DNA of 64,000 nucleotides, taken from a virus. Below the pieces are notes generated by a model, which was not told where the DNA came from, did no database searches, and saw only the letters and a program-made list of their open reading frames with translations. Position numbers and translations under genes: made by a program. This document shows, piece by piece, positions 35,234 to 45,133 of the stretch (position 1 is its first letter; each line of letters begins with the position of its first letter). The DNA is taken from positions 64,001 through 128,000 of IMG/VR virus record IMGVR_UViG_3300042691_015370; one strand, written 5' to 3'.

Positions 35234-35614
35234 TTATCTCGTTATTTCGCCAGTAACCTTAAACTTACCCTCTAGCGGACAGTCAACATCTCCACCCGGA
35301 CTAACAATCTCAATATCCCATAAGTAGGAACCAATAGGGAAAGTGGAGGTAAATTCATCAGAAATGAACAAGCTCAAGGTAGCAGTCTCTGTATCAATCG
35401 TAATAGTACCATATGCGCCAGATACTGGAGGATTCTCCACATACTCTGTCTTGAGTTCAACTAACACATCTTCTGCGTCAATGTTTGCACGAACCTGCAT
35501 ACGAGCCGTGAAGCCAGTAAAGTCCCATAGATTATCGTGACGAGTCTTAAACGTAAACTGCTTGCGGAAAGTAGTTCCAGCTTTGCATTTGAGATCATAC
35601 TTTGATGTATCCAT
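35234..35614 (-). CDS. BppU-N-like fibre-attachment protein
   Basis: Start MDTSKY at 35614 (TAATG); GTTF...DFTGFTARMQVR...YLWDIEIVSPGG...LEGKFKVTGEITR pattern. Confidence 0.65.
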   Translation of the reverse strand: MDTSKYDLKCKAGTTFRKQFTFKTRHDNLWDFTGFTARMQVRANIDAEDVLVELKTEYVENPPVSGAYGTITIDTETATLSLFISDEFTSTFPIGSYLWDIEIVSPGGDVDCPLEGKFKVTGEITR

Positions 35615-35976
35615 TACGCCTCCCAAGCTGGTGTGGCTACGATCAGATCTCCAACCCAACGGTCACCGGGAGTAGCATCCTGAGGAACTGAGATGTAGTA
35701 CTCGTTTACAACATTGCTGGTGTTGCGTTCTGTTTCAGTAATCTTGTAGACGCTATCTGCTGGAGATACCAGATCATTCTCAATGACCTCAACTTCCCAC
35801 TTCCCTGTTGAGTCCGTCTCAGTTTGATACGTTCCCTTCAGCATGGCTTCGCCCTCAGTGTGGAGGGCAACGGCTGAAACATCAGTGTCCCAAGAAAGCG
35901 TGACAGCGACGTCAAAATCATCTTGATAGCTGCCACCGGCAGGCTTTTTGATAGTGTTGAAAATCGTCACAGCCAT
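35614..35976 (-). CDS. Hypothetical virion protein
   Basis: Beta-rich ORF in fibre block. Confidence 0.55.
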   Translation of the reverse strand: MAVTIFNTIKKPAGGSYQDDFDVAVTLSWDTDVSAVALHTEGEAMLKGTYQTETDSTGKWEVEVIENDLVSPADSVYKITETERNTSNVVNEYYISVPQDATPGDRWVGDLIVATPAWEA

Positions 35977-35978
35977 AG

Positions 35979-36497
35979 TCAGTCCCTGTCATCCCGGTAA
36001 GTGTCAATAATATCAACGGCAATGGTCCACCAATACTTATTGAAGCTCAGGTCCCAACTGCGATTCTTCATTACTTCAAAATCCTCGAAATCGCAACGGA
36101 AAAGGAATGAGTCATCAACTCCGAGATCCAATACTTCAAAGCTCGTATCATCATAAATATCTGTAAACTTCCCCCGGATTAGATCATAAATGTCTCCAGT
36201 CAGGTGCTGACCAACAGCATTATTTTCAGCAAACACCTCAATGAAGGCATTGATCGTATTCTCTTGCAGGCTCCAGTCTTGGCCCATACCCATCTCTTCA
36301 AAAGAGAAATCTTCAATCATGACGCCAATAAGGTTAGGGGTAACTTCTTCAGAAGGCTCAACTTGATCAGCAATAATTCTGACAGTCTTGTGAGGGCGTC
36401 CAGCATCAAACCAACCAAGAGTGTCAAGCCCTTCTTCGATATGGCGCTTCAGATTGTCTTTAATTAACCGCTGTCGTTTACCACCTACGTAAGCCAT
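35979..36497 (-). CDS. Tail terminator / head-tail joining protein
   Basis: Synteny (third gene after adaptor); acidic alpha/beta pattern. Confidence 0.5.
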   Translation of the reverse strand: MAYVGGKRQRLIKDNLKRHIEEGLDTLGWFDAGRPHKTVRIIADQVEPSEEVTPNLIGVMIEDFSFEEMGMGQDWSLQENTINAFIEVFAENNAVGQHLTGDIYDLIRGKFTDIYDDTSFEVLDLGVDDSFLFRCDFEDFEVMKNRSWDLSFNKYWWTIAVDIIDTYRDDRD

Positions 36498-36512
36498 AAC
36501 TCACCCTTGTCC

Positions 36513-36968
36513 TTATGATTCATCGATCGCCGTAAGCCATACACGATAAATCGTGACAGGTCCCAAACCCAACGGTGGCTCCACGAAATCTATTACGTAA
36601 GTGTTTCCACCAATTTTCGCCTGCGTTGCGCCATCAATCTCTGGAAAGTGTGTGTCCAAAATCGTGACAACTACACGAGGATTCTCAAACTGACCAATGG
36701 CCGTACCATCTGGACGACGGTTCGAAAACTCAACGGCTGCGGGAATCTGCACATCATCGTGCTCTTCTACAGAAGTTGGCACAGCAGTGAAGTCGTAAGG
36801 ATTGCCCTTCTCGTCAGCTTTTGTGAAGGTGCGTTCTACGGGCCACTGAAAGGTGATGCGCTCAGACTCTGCCAATGGCAGAGCCATCTCCATGGTCGAA
36901 GTAATGGCAGAGCGGAAAGCGTCTGCATCAAAGCCCGTCAAGAAGTTCGGATCAGTGGGATTAGCCAT
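36513..36968 (-). CDS. Head-to-tail stopper-like protein
   Basis: Synteny; C-terminal KIGGNTYVIDFVEP...IYRVWL beta pattern. Confidence 0.55.
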   Translation of the reverse strand: MANPTDPNFLTGFDADAFRSAITSTMEMALPLAESERITFQWPVERTFTKADEKGNPYDFTAVPTSVEEHDDVQIPAAVEFSNRRPDGTAIGQFENPRVVVTILDTHFPEIDGATQAKIGGNTYVIDFVEPPLGLGPVTIYRVWLTAIDES

Positions 36969-37468
36969 CAGTTAGTCCAGAAGTCCATAAGCCCGTCACG
37001 CATCGCATAGTCCCGCTGACGGATCGAATCCACATAGATGGTGGAAACCCCATTGAGGGCCGAGAGACGCTCTAGGATGTCGTCACGCTGCTTTAGGAGA
37101 GAATCCAGCAGAGCCTTCAGTACCCCAGCGGACTGCTCAGTCTCGTACTCGACCGGGCCAGCCTTCGCCTTGAAGCGTGTCTTAATCTGCATAAGGTCGT
37201 TTTGCACTTTGTGCAGACCGCAGTAGAAGATCACAATTTGCTGAAGATCACGTCCAAAGGTTGCGGAGCCAGTGAGTGGCGAAACGACACCATCCTCATT
37301 GCACGTAAATCCACTGATCAAACCATCGTTATATGCCATCCAAAATGCTGTCTTCAGACGACTAATCCACTCATCATCACTAACAGCATCATAGAAATCG
37401 GCTTGGCCGGGGGCTGTAAGAGAGATAGCGAGATCTGGGATCAATTCAGAAAGATCTACGTTCGCCAT
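36968..37468 (-). CDS. Head-to-tail adaptor-like protein
   Basis: Synteny; KAKAGPVEYETE beta-hairpin within helical protein. Confidence 0.55.
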   Translation of the reverse strand: MANVDLSELIPDLAISLTAPGQADFYDAVSDDEWISRLKTAFWMAYNDGLISGFTCNEDGVVSPLTGSATFGRDLQQIVIFYCGLHKVQNDLMQIKTRFKAKAGPVEYETEQSAGVLKALLDSLLKQRDDILERLSALNGVSTIYVDSIRQRDYAMRDGLMDFWTN

Positions 37469-37516
37469 GATTGCCTCCTATCGCATTAGAACGACATCCG
37501 GGGCAAAATTTCAAAC

Positions 37517-38059
37517 TCAGAAATCTACGTTACTAAAGCTCGTATTCTTCATCGGAGCGGGCGCAACAGCAGTCTGAGTGACCTCAACTACATCCACGTT
37601 GCCACGAACCTCTGCCAGACGTGCCTCAATAGCCTTGTACTGAGCCATGGTCACATTTAGGCCAGACTCTTCTTCCTTTGCCATCTCGTTCATACGGGAA
37701 AGTGCAATGGCATTAGTGATCGTACCAAGACGGTTCTTGAACGCAGCGCCCTTGAGCTTGAAGATGTCACGCATGTCATCCTCAGAAAGAAGATTGGGAT
37801 TGTTGGCAATCTCCTGATAATCCTCAGCAGTGTCAACAAGACGCACAGGCGTCAGAGTTCCATTCATGAACAGATCCTTGTCAGGCGAGGCAGCACGATC
37901 CTGATTGATCTGGCGTTCCTCGGTAGTAATCAGCACCTTTGCACCGGAACGAACCGGGGTGTGCTTCAGCTTGTTGGTGTGGGGGTCAATGGTTTGAATC
38001 CAGACCTCGCCAGCACCGGCATTAGTCCAAGTTTCCTTGTCAGTCTTGCTATCAGACAT
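37517..38059 (-). CDS. Hypothetical protein following major capsid
   Basis: 180-aa ORF with GGAG RBS. Confidence 0.65.
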   Translation of the reverse strand: MSDSKTDKETWTNAGAGEVWIQTIDPHTNKLKHTPVRSGAKVLITTEERQINQDRAASPDKDLFMNGTLTPVRLVDTAEDYQEIANNPNLLSEDDMRDIFKLKGAAFKNRLGTITNAIALSRMNEMAKEEESGLNVTMAQYKAIEARLAEVRGNVDVVEVTQTAVAPAPMKNTSFSNVDF

Positions 38060-38113
38060 AAAAATCTCCTATCGTCCTTTAATCATCATACACCATCCGC
38101 AGGTGCATTAAAC

Positions 38114-38158
38114 ACAAAAAACACAATGGGGAAGAAGGCCGAAGCCTCCTTCCCCATT
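38114..38158 (-). terminator. Intrinsic terminator after major capsid gene
   Basis: AATGGGGAAG..GGC-TTCG-GCC..CTTCCCCATT hairpin (UUCG loop) followed by T-rich run. Confidence 0.8.
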
Positions 38159-38178
38159 TACGTGCCACCTAACTCTTA

Positions 38179-39123
38179 TCAGAGAGAGGTATCGACAATG
38201 CGGCGAAGCCGGTCGGGACGATGAACAACGCCACCGAACTCCTTCTTGCCTAGGAAGTGCCAGTACCAGTTGTCTTCCTCAACGAATTCCTTCGTCTTCA
38301 TGCCGCCCCAGAAGGCGAACTTAGAAGCGTCGGTTGACATGACGTACATCTCGTTGTCGGGGAAGAACGGTACATCGTTCTCATCGGTGTAGTTCGTGAG
38401 CGAAACGATGTTCGCACCACGGTACGTACCGAGTAGACCACGGCGCACCATTTCCTCGTTGGTAGCAGGCAGGAAGCCTGAACCATTGTAGGAAGAACCG
38501 AGTAGCTCATCCATGATCTGCTCAGTCATCGTGGGGCGACCAAGGATGGTCACGTTACGAGTCTTGGAAGCGTCACGAACGCCAGCGAGAGCGGCGTTTA
38601 GCTGAGCTAGCGACACGCCTGACCCAGAAACGTAGCTGGGGCTGGAGTTGTCGGGGATAGCGGCTTGGAACAGAGATAGAACACGCTGGTTAACCATTGC
38701 GTCCATGCGCTGAATTGCTAGGTCAACTAGAGTAGTCGCAGTCTCTGCGAAGTTAGTCTCTAGCTTCTCTTCGAACTCAGTTACGTGGAAACCAATGATG
38801 TCACGGGGAATCTCCATGACCTCACTGTGTAGCGTGCTAGCCTCAATGTAACCACCACGAGCAAGCCAGAAAGCCTTCAGGCCACGAGTCTCTTTCACGA
38901 ATGAACGACCGGTGAATGGAAGGTTCTCTACCTCAGCCATAAGCGCTAGCAGGTTCTCATGCTGGAAACCCTCATAGATGGTTTCCGTCATCTCCTGAGC
39001 ACGCTCACGACGCCAAGTGGGGTTATCGAAGTTCTGAGCAGCCTCTTCGTTCAGAAGCTGTACCTTCTTGCGGAGGGCTTCAAGCTCAGGATCAGTTTTA
39101 CCGTATAGTTTAATGCTTGACAT
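38179..39123 (-). CDS. Major capsid protein (HK97 fold)
   Basis: 314 aa after scaffold/decoration; GLLGTYRGANIV and KEFGGVVHRPDRLRRI motifs typical of HK97-fold capsids; strong terminator downstream. Confidence 0.8.
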   Translation of the reverse strand: MSSIKLYGKTDPELEALRKKVQLLNEEAAQNFDNPTWRRERAQEMTETIYEGFQHENLLALMAEVENLPFTGRSFVKETRGLKAFWLARGGYIEASTLHSEVMEIPRDIIGFHVTEFEEKLETNFAETATTLVDLAIQRMDAMVNQRVLSLFQAAIPDNSSPSYVSGSGVSLAQLNAALAGVRDASKTRNVTILGRPTMTEQIMDELLGSSYNGSGFLPATNEEMVRRGLLGTYRGANIVSLTNYTDENDVPFFPDNEMYVMSTDASKFAFWGGMKTKEFVEEDNWYWHFLGKKEFGGVVHRPDRLRRIVDTSL

Positions 39124-39139
39124 TTTAGTTAACCCCCTC

Positions 39140-39697
39140 TCAGAAGTTCAGGCGAGCTTCAACTTCGCCAGTAGTAGTGTTAACAGCGGTTACGATGAGC
39201 CATGCGTTAGCGGCAGTCTCAGTCTTGGCCCAGTACCCATCAGTGTCGTTACCAACACCGGGGGTAAGGAAATCGCCAACCTCGACACCAACAGTGGCGC
39301 CAACCTCATCAACCATTGTGCGAGCAGCAGGGTAACCAGTTCTCACTAGGAACCCAGTATCCTCGGTGTTCTTAAAGGCAACCTTGACAGTGGTACCATT
39401 TACGACCTGAACAGCCTTCCCAGCGGGAGCGGTGTCGAAGTCGGAGTAGGTGTTCTCTGCGGGGTCTACGCCAGTGAACTGGATATGCTCAAATACTAGA
39501 ATACCGCCAGTGCCGGGAGCAGGCTTAGCCTGAGCACCGGTAGCAAGCTCAACACCTAGACGACCGAGATCGTCAGTGTCACCACTTAGAACAACAGGGG
39601 CACCAATTGGCTGGGCCGTGTCGTCTAGGTAGTAGCGACCTGCACGTTCACCCTGACGAGGTGTTACACGAAATTCGAAATTACGACCGTATGACAT
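39140..39697 (-). CDS. Capsid decoration/cement-like protein
   Basis: Between scaffold and capsid; Gly/Ala/Thr-rich beta protein. Confidence 0.6.
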   Translation of the reverse strand: MSYGRNFEFRVTPRQGERAGRYYLDDTAQPIGAPVVLSGDTDDLGRLGVELATGAQAKPAPGTGGILVFEHIQFTGVDPAENTYSDFDTAPAGKAVQVVNGTTVKVAFKNTEDTGFLVRTGYPAARTMVDEVGATVGVEVGDFLTPGVGNDTDGYWAKTETAANAWLIVTAVNTTTGEVEARLNF

Positions 39698-39720
39698 TGT
39701 GGAATCCTCCTTTCAGGGGA

Positions 39721-40422
39721 TCAGTTAAGGGTACGAACGTCAACGCCAGCGTTGCGCGCACCAAATACATCGGCAGCAACGGACTTATTGCCGTTGGACT
39801 GCTCACGAACATTGCTCATAGCCGTCTCACGCGGGATCGCTGGATTAGCGTCACCCTCGTGGGAAGCGGCAGTAGAAACCTTGAGATCTTCGATGTAAGA
39901 ATCGAATTCCTCATCGGACATTGCGACAAAGGCATCAAGGCGATCCTCAATACGCTCATCACTCATAGAGGTCTGGTCCTTGACAGCAGCACGCCGAGCC
40001 TCTCTACGAGCCTCTAGCTCAGCAGCTTCGGCCTTGGCAGTTTCCTCGGCCTCAAGGTACGCAACAAGATCGTTGTAGCGCTTCTCGGCATCGGAAACAC
40101 GAATCTCAGCCTTGTCAAGCTCAGCCTGTAGCTTCTCAATCTCTGTCTTGGCCTCGGCCTCATCGGCCTCATCCTTCAGAGCCTGAATCTGCGCTTCTAG
40201 GTCAGCGACCTTGGCTTCGGCATCTGCGCTGGCGGTGGCAACAGCCTCCTGCACCGCAGTGTTGAACTCATCTTCGGTAAAAGTCTTCATGTCACCCCCT
40301 CCAGTGGAGTTATCGTCATCTAAAGATAGATTGGGATTGCAGTGGGGACATCCCTCTGCATCGTGTTCAGCGCCTTCCGGCTTCTCTGCCAACCACTTGT
40401 CATGAAGTTCTTTGAGGTTCAT
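39721..40422 (-). CDS. Scaffolding protein
   Basis: Acidic coiled coil (KTFTEDEFNTAVQEA...) between protease and capsid genes. Confidence 0.75.
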   Translation of the reverse strand: MNLKELHDKWLAEKPEGAEHDAEGCPHCNPNLSLDDDNSTGGGDMKTFTEDEFNTAVQEAVATASADAEAKVADLEAQIQALKDEADEAEAKTEIEKLQAELDKAEIRVSDAEKRYNDLVAYLEAEETAKAEAAELEARREARRAAVKDQTSMSDERIEDRLDAFVAMSDEEFDSYIEDLKVSTAASHEGDANPAIPRETAMSNVREQSNGNKSVAADVFGARNAGVDVRTLN

Positions 40423-40449
40423 AGGGAAATCCTTTAGTCGCTGAACTAA

Positions 40450-40476
40450 GTATCGTCAGTGTGAAATATGAATTAA
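40450..40476 (-). promoter_or_regulatory. Candidate sigma28-type promoter TTAA-N15-GACGATAC upstream of scaffold/capsid genes
   Basis: Resembles sigma28 consensus TAAA-N15-GCCGATAA; ends 28 nt before ATG. Confidence 0.45.
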
Positions 40477-41237
40477 GTAACCGGCTGGTCTTTAAATGTT
40501 CTTTCAATGATTTTGAACATCATCATTTCCCACTCTTGGGGAGAAAGGTCAGGCGATTCACTTGCAATAGATGTCACTAACTTATGCTTTTCTTCATCAG
40601 AAATAAGCTGCGATAGCTCATTTACTGAGGCGTTCTTCCAACCGGGGCGATCAGGCGGATAGATCAGAGCACCGCCCAAAAACAGCGGCTTGTTAAGCTG
40701 ACGGCTTGATTCACGGGAGAGAATGTGGTCGCAATAAGTCTCAGACATCGGACCCGCATAATCGAACTCCTGCCCACAACCATTGGGGCCTGCGCAAGTA
40801 ACTGACTCAGCCACACACTCCATGCTCTGGTACAAAGCGCCAACACCGTGAGCAGCTTCAACCATGGCAAGCTCATCTGGGAAGTAGTACTTCCAGAAGG
40901 CACCAACCGTCTCGACATAAGGATTGGCATCAGCGTAATCTGGGTAGATCAACTCGGAGCTAACAATGGTGCCAACGATGGAGCGTGACTTGTGAGCAAG
41001 ATTCATTGGCGTATGACTGATGGAGTACTGACTCTCTCGCAGATCCTCCAAGGACCACTGCTGACCGTTGCTATTGGCGTTATCTGCCTCTACATAAGAA
41101 CCAACGATCCAGCGAATGGCCGGGTTCTTGACGATATGCTTTGAAGCCCACTCAGATGCAGTGTCACGATCAAGGTCGATCAATCTCACGGGTGCGCTAA
41201 CAAATAATGAATTCTTGCCCTCAGTAAAAACGGTCAT
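40473..41237 (-). CDS. Probable capsid maturation protease
   Basis: Between portal and scaffold; NSNG..W, PMNLAH, QSMEC, FLGGALI..P motifs of prohead-protease-like proteins. Confidence 0.65.
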   Translation of the reverse strand: MTVFTEGKNSLFVSAPVRLIDLDRDTASEWASKHIVKNPAIRWIVGSYVEADNANSNGQQWSLEDLRESQYSISHTPMNLAHKSRSIVGTIVSSELIYPDYADANPYVETVGAFWKYYFPDELAMVEAAHGVGALYQSMECVAESVTCAGPNGCGQEFDYAGPMSETYCDHILSRESSRQLNKPLFLGGALIYPPDRPGWKNASVNELSQLISDEEKHKLVTSIASESPDLSPQEWEMMMFKIIERTFKDQPVT

Positions 41238-41263
41238 GATCGCTCCTTACGCTCTAGCTAACG

Positions 41264-42898
41264 TCAGCCTCTGTTCTTTTTTGAATCTGGTCGGCCCTTG
41301 GTATCAGGGTTCGGCTTGTTTGAATCAGCGTTGCGACCGCCACCATTACTGTTGCCTCCACCAGTGTTACCACCCGTCTTGCCGTCAACCGGCGAATCGA
41401 ATGGCACATGCACTGGAGTGAAGATATCATCATAATACTTAGCTTCACGCTGACGCTTGATAGCCTCGTCCGACTGAATGATGTCAAGCTCAGCGAGCAC
41501 GGTGGTACGAGAAACCTCGCCCATACCACGAAGGTCAAGCAAGAACTGAGCAATATTGGGATCGAAGTCGAGCGCAATACGTCGCGGGTAGAACGCCATC
41601 CGTGGTGGTGACTTCAGCTTGGGATTCATCTTGAAAACTTCCGCAAAGACGTGGTTCATGAACGAATCACGAATTTGGTCACGACGAGCCTCCATCGAAG
41701 AAGCAACAACTCGCATCAACTTGATCGAATCGTCACTCGCAGTGCCAGACGAGTAATTGCCGGTAGAAAGAATCTGGAACATGCGAGAAGTGATGCGAGA
41801 ATCAATGCCGTTGTACTTCTCAGCAGACAGGTAATCCAAGTCTGGAGTGATGATCTCAATCTCAAGCCTGTGATCAGACACGATAATAGGAATGCGAGAG
41901 GTGGTCTTAACCTCGTTAGCTACCTGTTGTAGCTCTGCTGCCTGCGCTGGTCGAGAGTCATCACCCTTCTTGACCAGAATGATCGCATTCGTGCTACCAA
42001 GGATTGTGGCACGATCCATCTCACGTAGAAGGTGCTTCAGGTCTAGAAGCTCAAAGACGGACTCCATACGCACATCAGCAAAACGCCGGTAGCTGGGTCG
42101 AGTGGAGGTAATCCGCCAGACGTTACGGGGATTTAGTAGGTATGTACGACCATCAAGATCTGACTCACCTGTGATGTCAGCAATAAGTTTTCTCTCATTC
42201 TTGTGATCATCGTCTTCAATAGGGTACCTAGCGCTAATAAGCTGACTAACCACAAGATCAGAAGAGTTGTCACCAGCAAGAACATTGTCAAATTCACGCA
42301 CTTCACTACGATCAGCAAGGTATACTAGCTTTTCTTGACCAAACATGAAGTTGCCAACAGGAACAACTTTCAGAGGATCTAGGTACGTCACCCCAATAGG
42401 AACAGTCAAAGCGCCAAACTGCTTGCGGCTGCCAGTCGCCTTGAACTGCTTCTTCTGATACAACACTGCGGGGTATGCCTGAGAGATGGTGAAAACTTCA
42501 CGCCAGCCTTCTCGCAGACGCTCAGAAAGATCAATCTCATCGATAATCTGATTCCAGATATCTTCCTCAAGCTCATCATCGCATTCCATGTTGATGCGCT
42601 TGAATGCTAGTTGCTCAGTGGTTTCAACGACACTAGAAATAACATCGTCAGTACGTACTGCATCGGCAGCTAGCCTGAACTTGTCAAAAATGTTGTCTGG
42701 CGACACCCACTTATCTCTGTTGAAGATAGTACCCTTACGGGTCGCTCCCTGACGAGACTGTGACCACTTACGCAGTGTGGCGATCTCAGGAGCCTGACTT
42801 TCAATTGCCTGCCTGATATCTTCAGTTGAAACTTCGGTATCATTGATGATAGCAATACCATATTCTGGATCGTATTCTATCTCTGAGCCTTCTGCCAT
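41264..42898 (-). CDS. Portal protein
   Basis: ~544 aa after terminase; C-terminal GEVSRTTVLAELD motif and charged tail; synteny. Confidence 0.75.
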   Translation of the reverse strand: MAEGSEIEYDPEYGIAIINDTEVSTEDIRQAIESQAPEIATLRKWSQSRQGATRKGTIFNRDKWVSPDNIFDKFRLAADAVRTDDVISSVVETTEQLAFKRINMECDDELEEDIWNQIIDEIDLSERLREGWREVFTISQAYPAVLYQKKQFKATGSRKQFGALTVPIGVTYLDPLKVVPVGNFMFGQEKLVYLADRSEVREFDNVLAGDNSSDLVVSQLISARYPIEDDDHKNERKLIADITGESDLDGRTYLLNPRNVWRITSTRPSYRRFADVRMESVFELLDLKHLLREMDRATILGSTNAIILVKKGDDSRPAQAAELQQVANEVKTTSRIPIIVSDHRLEIEIITPDLDYLSAEKYNGIDSRITSRMFQILSTGNYSSGTASDDSIKLMRVVASSMEARRDQIRDSFMNHVFAEVFKMNPKLKSPPRMAFYPRRIALDFDPNIAQFLLDLRGMGEVSRTTVLAELDIIQSDEAIKRQREAKYYDDIFTPVHVPFDSPVDGKTGGNTGGGNSNGGGRNADSNKPNPDTKGRPDSKKNRG

Positions 42899-42900
42899 GG

Positions 42901-43206
42901 TCAACCCTTCGCCATATCCCACTCATCTTTAACGAGTGTGCCCATTCTGGACCAAATCTTGTCTTGAAAAACACATTCGTTGAGGAACGGTATAATTTCT
43001 TCGTATCGGAAATCTTTAGCTTTTCGACTTTCTTTAGGAGCCATTGCTGAACTCATAAACCTTGCACGCACCGAGAACGCTGAGATCATGGGGAGAATTT
43101 CTTTGGGATCTTGAATGTCTTGAAAAGTCCACATTTTCTCAAGATAACCCATCAATTCCTCTCTCCAAGCCACAATTGTCTCGTCCAAACTTCTGGTTGT
43201 CATCAA
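42901..43206 (-). CDS. Hypothetical protein
   Basis: 101-aa ORF between TerL and portal. Confidence 0.6.
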   Translation of the reverse strand: MMTTRSLDETIVAWREELMGYLEKMWTFQDIQDPKEILPMISAFSVRARFMSSAMAPKESRKAKDFRYEEIIPFLNECVFQDKIWSRMGTLVKDEWDMAKG

Positions 43207-43502
43207 TTATCTCCAACGGTAACGTCTTTAGGACTGTAAAAATCAATAAGCTCATCGACATCAAGGATGATGTTCCCACCTTCTGTGACAAAACCCTTGA
43301 ATCTCACGACCATCATATCACTATTGGTCTTGACGACGACGTTAACGACGGCTGCATGGGCAAAGTGTTCGTCGCAGAGCACGACACTGAGTTTCTTAAA
43401 GGGGTCGATTCGCAGCAGACCGTCCTCGCCGCAAATGAAGCACTTACAAAAAGACCATTGGTGGGGGCTTCCAGATATCTTCTTTGCTTTTAACAAATTC
43501 AT
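43203..43502 (-). CDS. Hypothetical protein with CxxC...CxxH motif (start uncertain)
   Basis: CFICG...LCDEH; fills the gap after TerL. Confidence 0.45.
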   Translation of the reverse strand: MNLLKAKKISGSPHQWSFCKCFICGEDGLLRIDPFKKLSVVLCDEHFAHAAVVNVVVKTNSDMMVVRFKGFVTEGGNIILDVDELIDFYSPKDVTVGDN

Positions 43503-45132
43503 TAATCGCTTCTTGCTGGTACGCAAGAACAGCCATACGGCACGCATCAAGAGTGTGGAATTGCCCTGCGCTGTATAGCTTTTTGCGACCGTAAGCGTCC
43601 AAAGCCGATTTAGAATAGGTCCAAGTTTGGCCCTGAAACTCTCCAATAATCGATTTGTCATATGGGAGAATAAGTCGATACTGGTCCACCATACCTCTGA
43701 GAACATCGGTACTCCATTCTAGAACGTTGCGCTTAATGGCTGCCTCTTCCCATCCGTTTGGATCGTTTTCATCGATTTTGACACCATCGTCAAACTCAGC
43801 GATTACCTTCTCAGAAAAGTTGTAGCCCTTTATTCTTGGGACAATGTGCTTAATCTCTGGTCGCTTACGGGCCATATTCTGAACCTGCTGGAACAGAGGA
43901 AAGCCTGCCCCGGTCGCATCAATAGCAAAGGCTCGTGGCCTATACAGATCAAGCAAATGAATAATTGCATCTGCCTGATCATCGGTTGCAACCTTCTTCA
44001 AAAGAATTCTTGCCAGCAACTTCAGCTTTGTGGGATTCTTGCCCTGCGGGGCTTCTGCAAATACGACAATGGATGATGGAGCAAGTGTCCAACCAACGTC
44101 CATGCCAATCCAAAAGTTCTCATACTTTAAATGACTACCGGGCATATCCAACAATTGCTCAATACACTCAACGTCACGCACCATAGACTCATCAATAGAT
44201 GGACTAACATACTCATTAAGGTTAAAGTCGCTACTGGTGTCGATATCTACATTTTCCATCAATCGGTAAAGAACAAAGATGGGTGAGTTCTGGTCACCCG
44301 GCAGACCATAGATATTACGGCGATAGTCAACAGCATCTGTTGAGCCACCATACTCACGGATATTGCGCTCTCGTTCAGCATCGTTCCAAGTAGGGCGATA
44401 CATAGCTGGAAGTGCGTGAACTTTCCAGCCAGAGTCAGGCTGACAGCGCTCATCGAACCCACCACCAACACCTCTGGTCACGCCGTGAGCACGCCACCTT
44501 GCACGAGCGTCACCTTCCTTCAGTGTCGGTGCAATTTCAGCCCATGCCTGTTCGGGCCAGTCAGAAGCCTCATCCATCTCCAGCCAAATGGGGTGAGTAC
44601 CTTTGATGCCCTTACCGTCACGCTGTGGAATACGACCCATGATACGTGCGCCATTGGCAAAGTTGATCATGAATGGCCGATGCTTAATGCCACCTCTGCC
44701 CTTGGATACCATCTCACGAGCCAACCGACAGTTCGTATACAGCGTCTCAACGTTATCGGTCACAGCATCCAAGTGGACACCCTCAGGAGCGGTAATAATC
44801 ATCTCACCCCCGGGGTGGAGAAAGGGAAACGCAAAGGTTCGAAGCTTGATCGACAACGACTTACCAACCGAACGACTAGCTCGGTCGATCTGTAGCTTGT
44901 CGTCACAACGCCACCACGCCCACTGAAACGGCCAAGCCCGGAAGCAGCCATCACCGGGCTGGAAAGTCATCTCGCCCTGTTCGTTCAGGACAGGTTCGCC
45001 ATTTTCGTCAAGAATTGGTTCTGTCTTAGTATCATCAATAAAGGCAAACTCAGCCTGATCCAGACCAGACTCATCAGACAAGATTGCCCACAAGTAGCAC
45101 TCTTCTTCCGATAAAGCTTCGTAGACAGCCAT
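43444..45132 (-). CDS. terL: Terminase large subunit
   Basis: Walker A ASRSVGKS, Walker B LEMDEASD, RNase H-like IGMDVG, AIDATGAG, HTLDACRM. Confidence 0.9.
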   Translation of the reverse strand: MAVYEALSEEECYLWAILSDESGLDQAEFAFIDDTKTEPILDENGEPVLNEQGEMTFQPGDGCFRAWPFQWAWWRCDDKLQIDRASRSVGKSLSIKLRTFAFPFLHPGGEMIITAPEGVHLDAVTDNVETLYTNCRLAREMVSKGRGGIKHRPFMINFANGARIMGRIPQRDGKGIKGTHPIWLEMDEASDWPEQAWAEIAPTLKEGDARARWRAHGVTRGVGGGFDERCQPDSGWKVHALPAMYRPTWNDAERERNIREYGGSTDAVDYRRNIYGLPGDQNSPIFVLYRLMENVDIDTSSDFNLNEYVSPSIDESMVRDVECIEQLLDMPGSHLKYENFWIGMDVGWTLAPSSIVVFAEAPQGKNPTKLKLLARILLKKVATDDQADAIIHLLDLYRPRAFAIDATGAGFPLFQQVQNMARKRPEIKHIVPRIKGYNFSEKVIAEFDDGVKIDENDPNGWEEAAIKRNVLEWSTDVLRGMVDQYRLILPYDKSIIGEFQGQTWTYSKSALDAYGRKKLYSAGQFHTLDACRMAVLAYQQEAINEFVKSKEDIWKPPPMVFL

Positions 45133-45133
45133 G

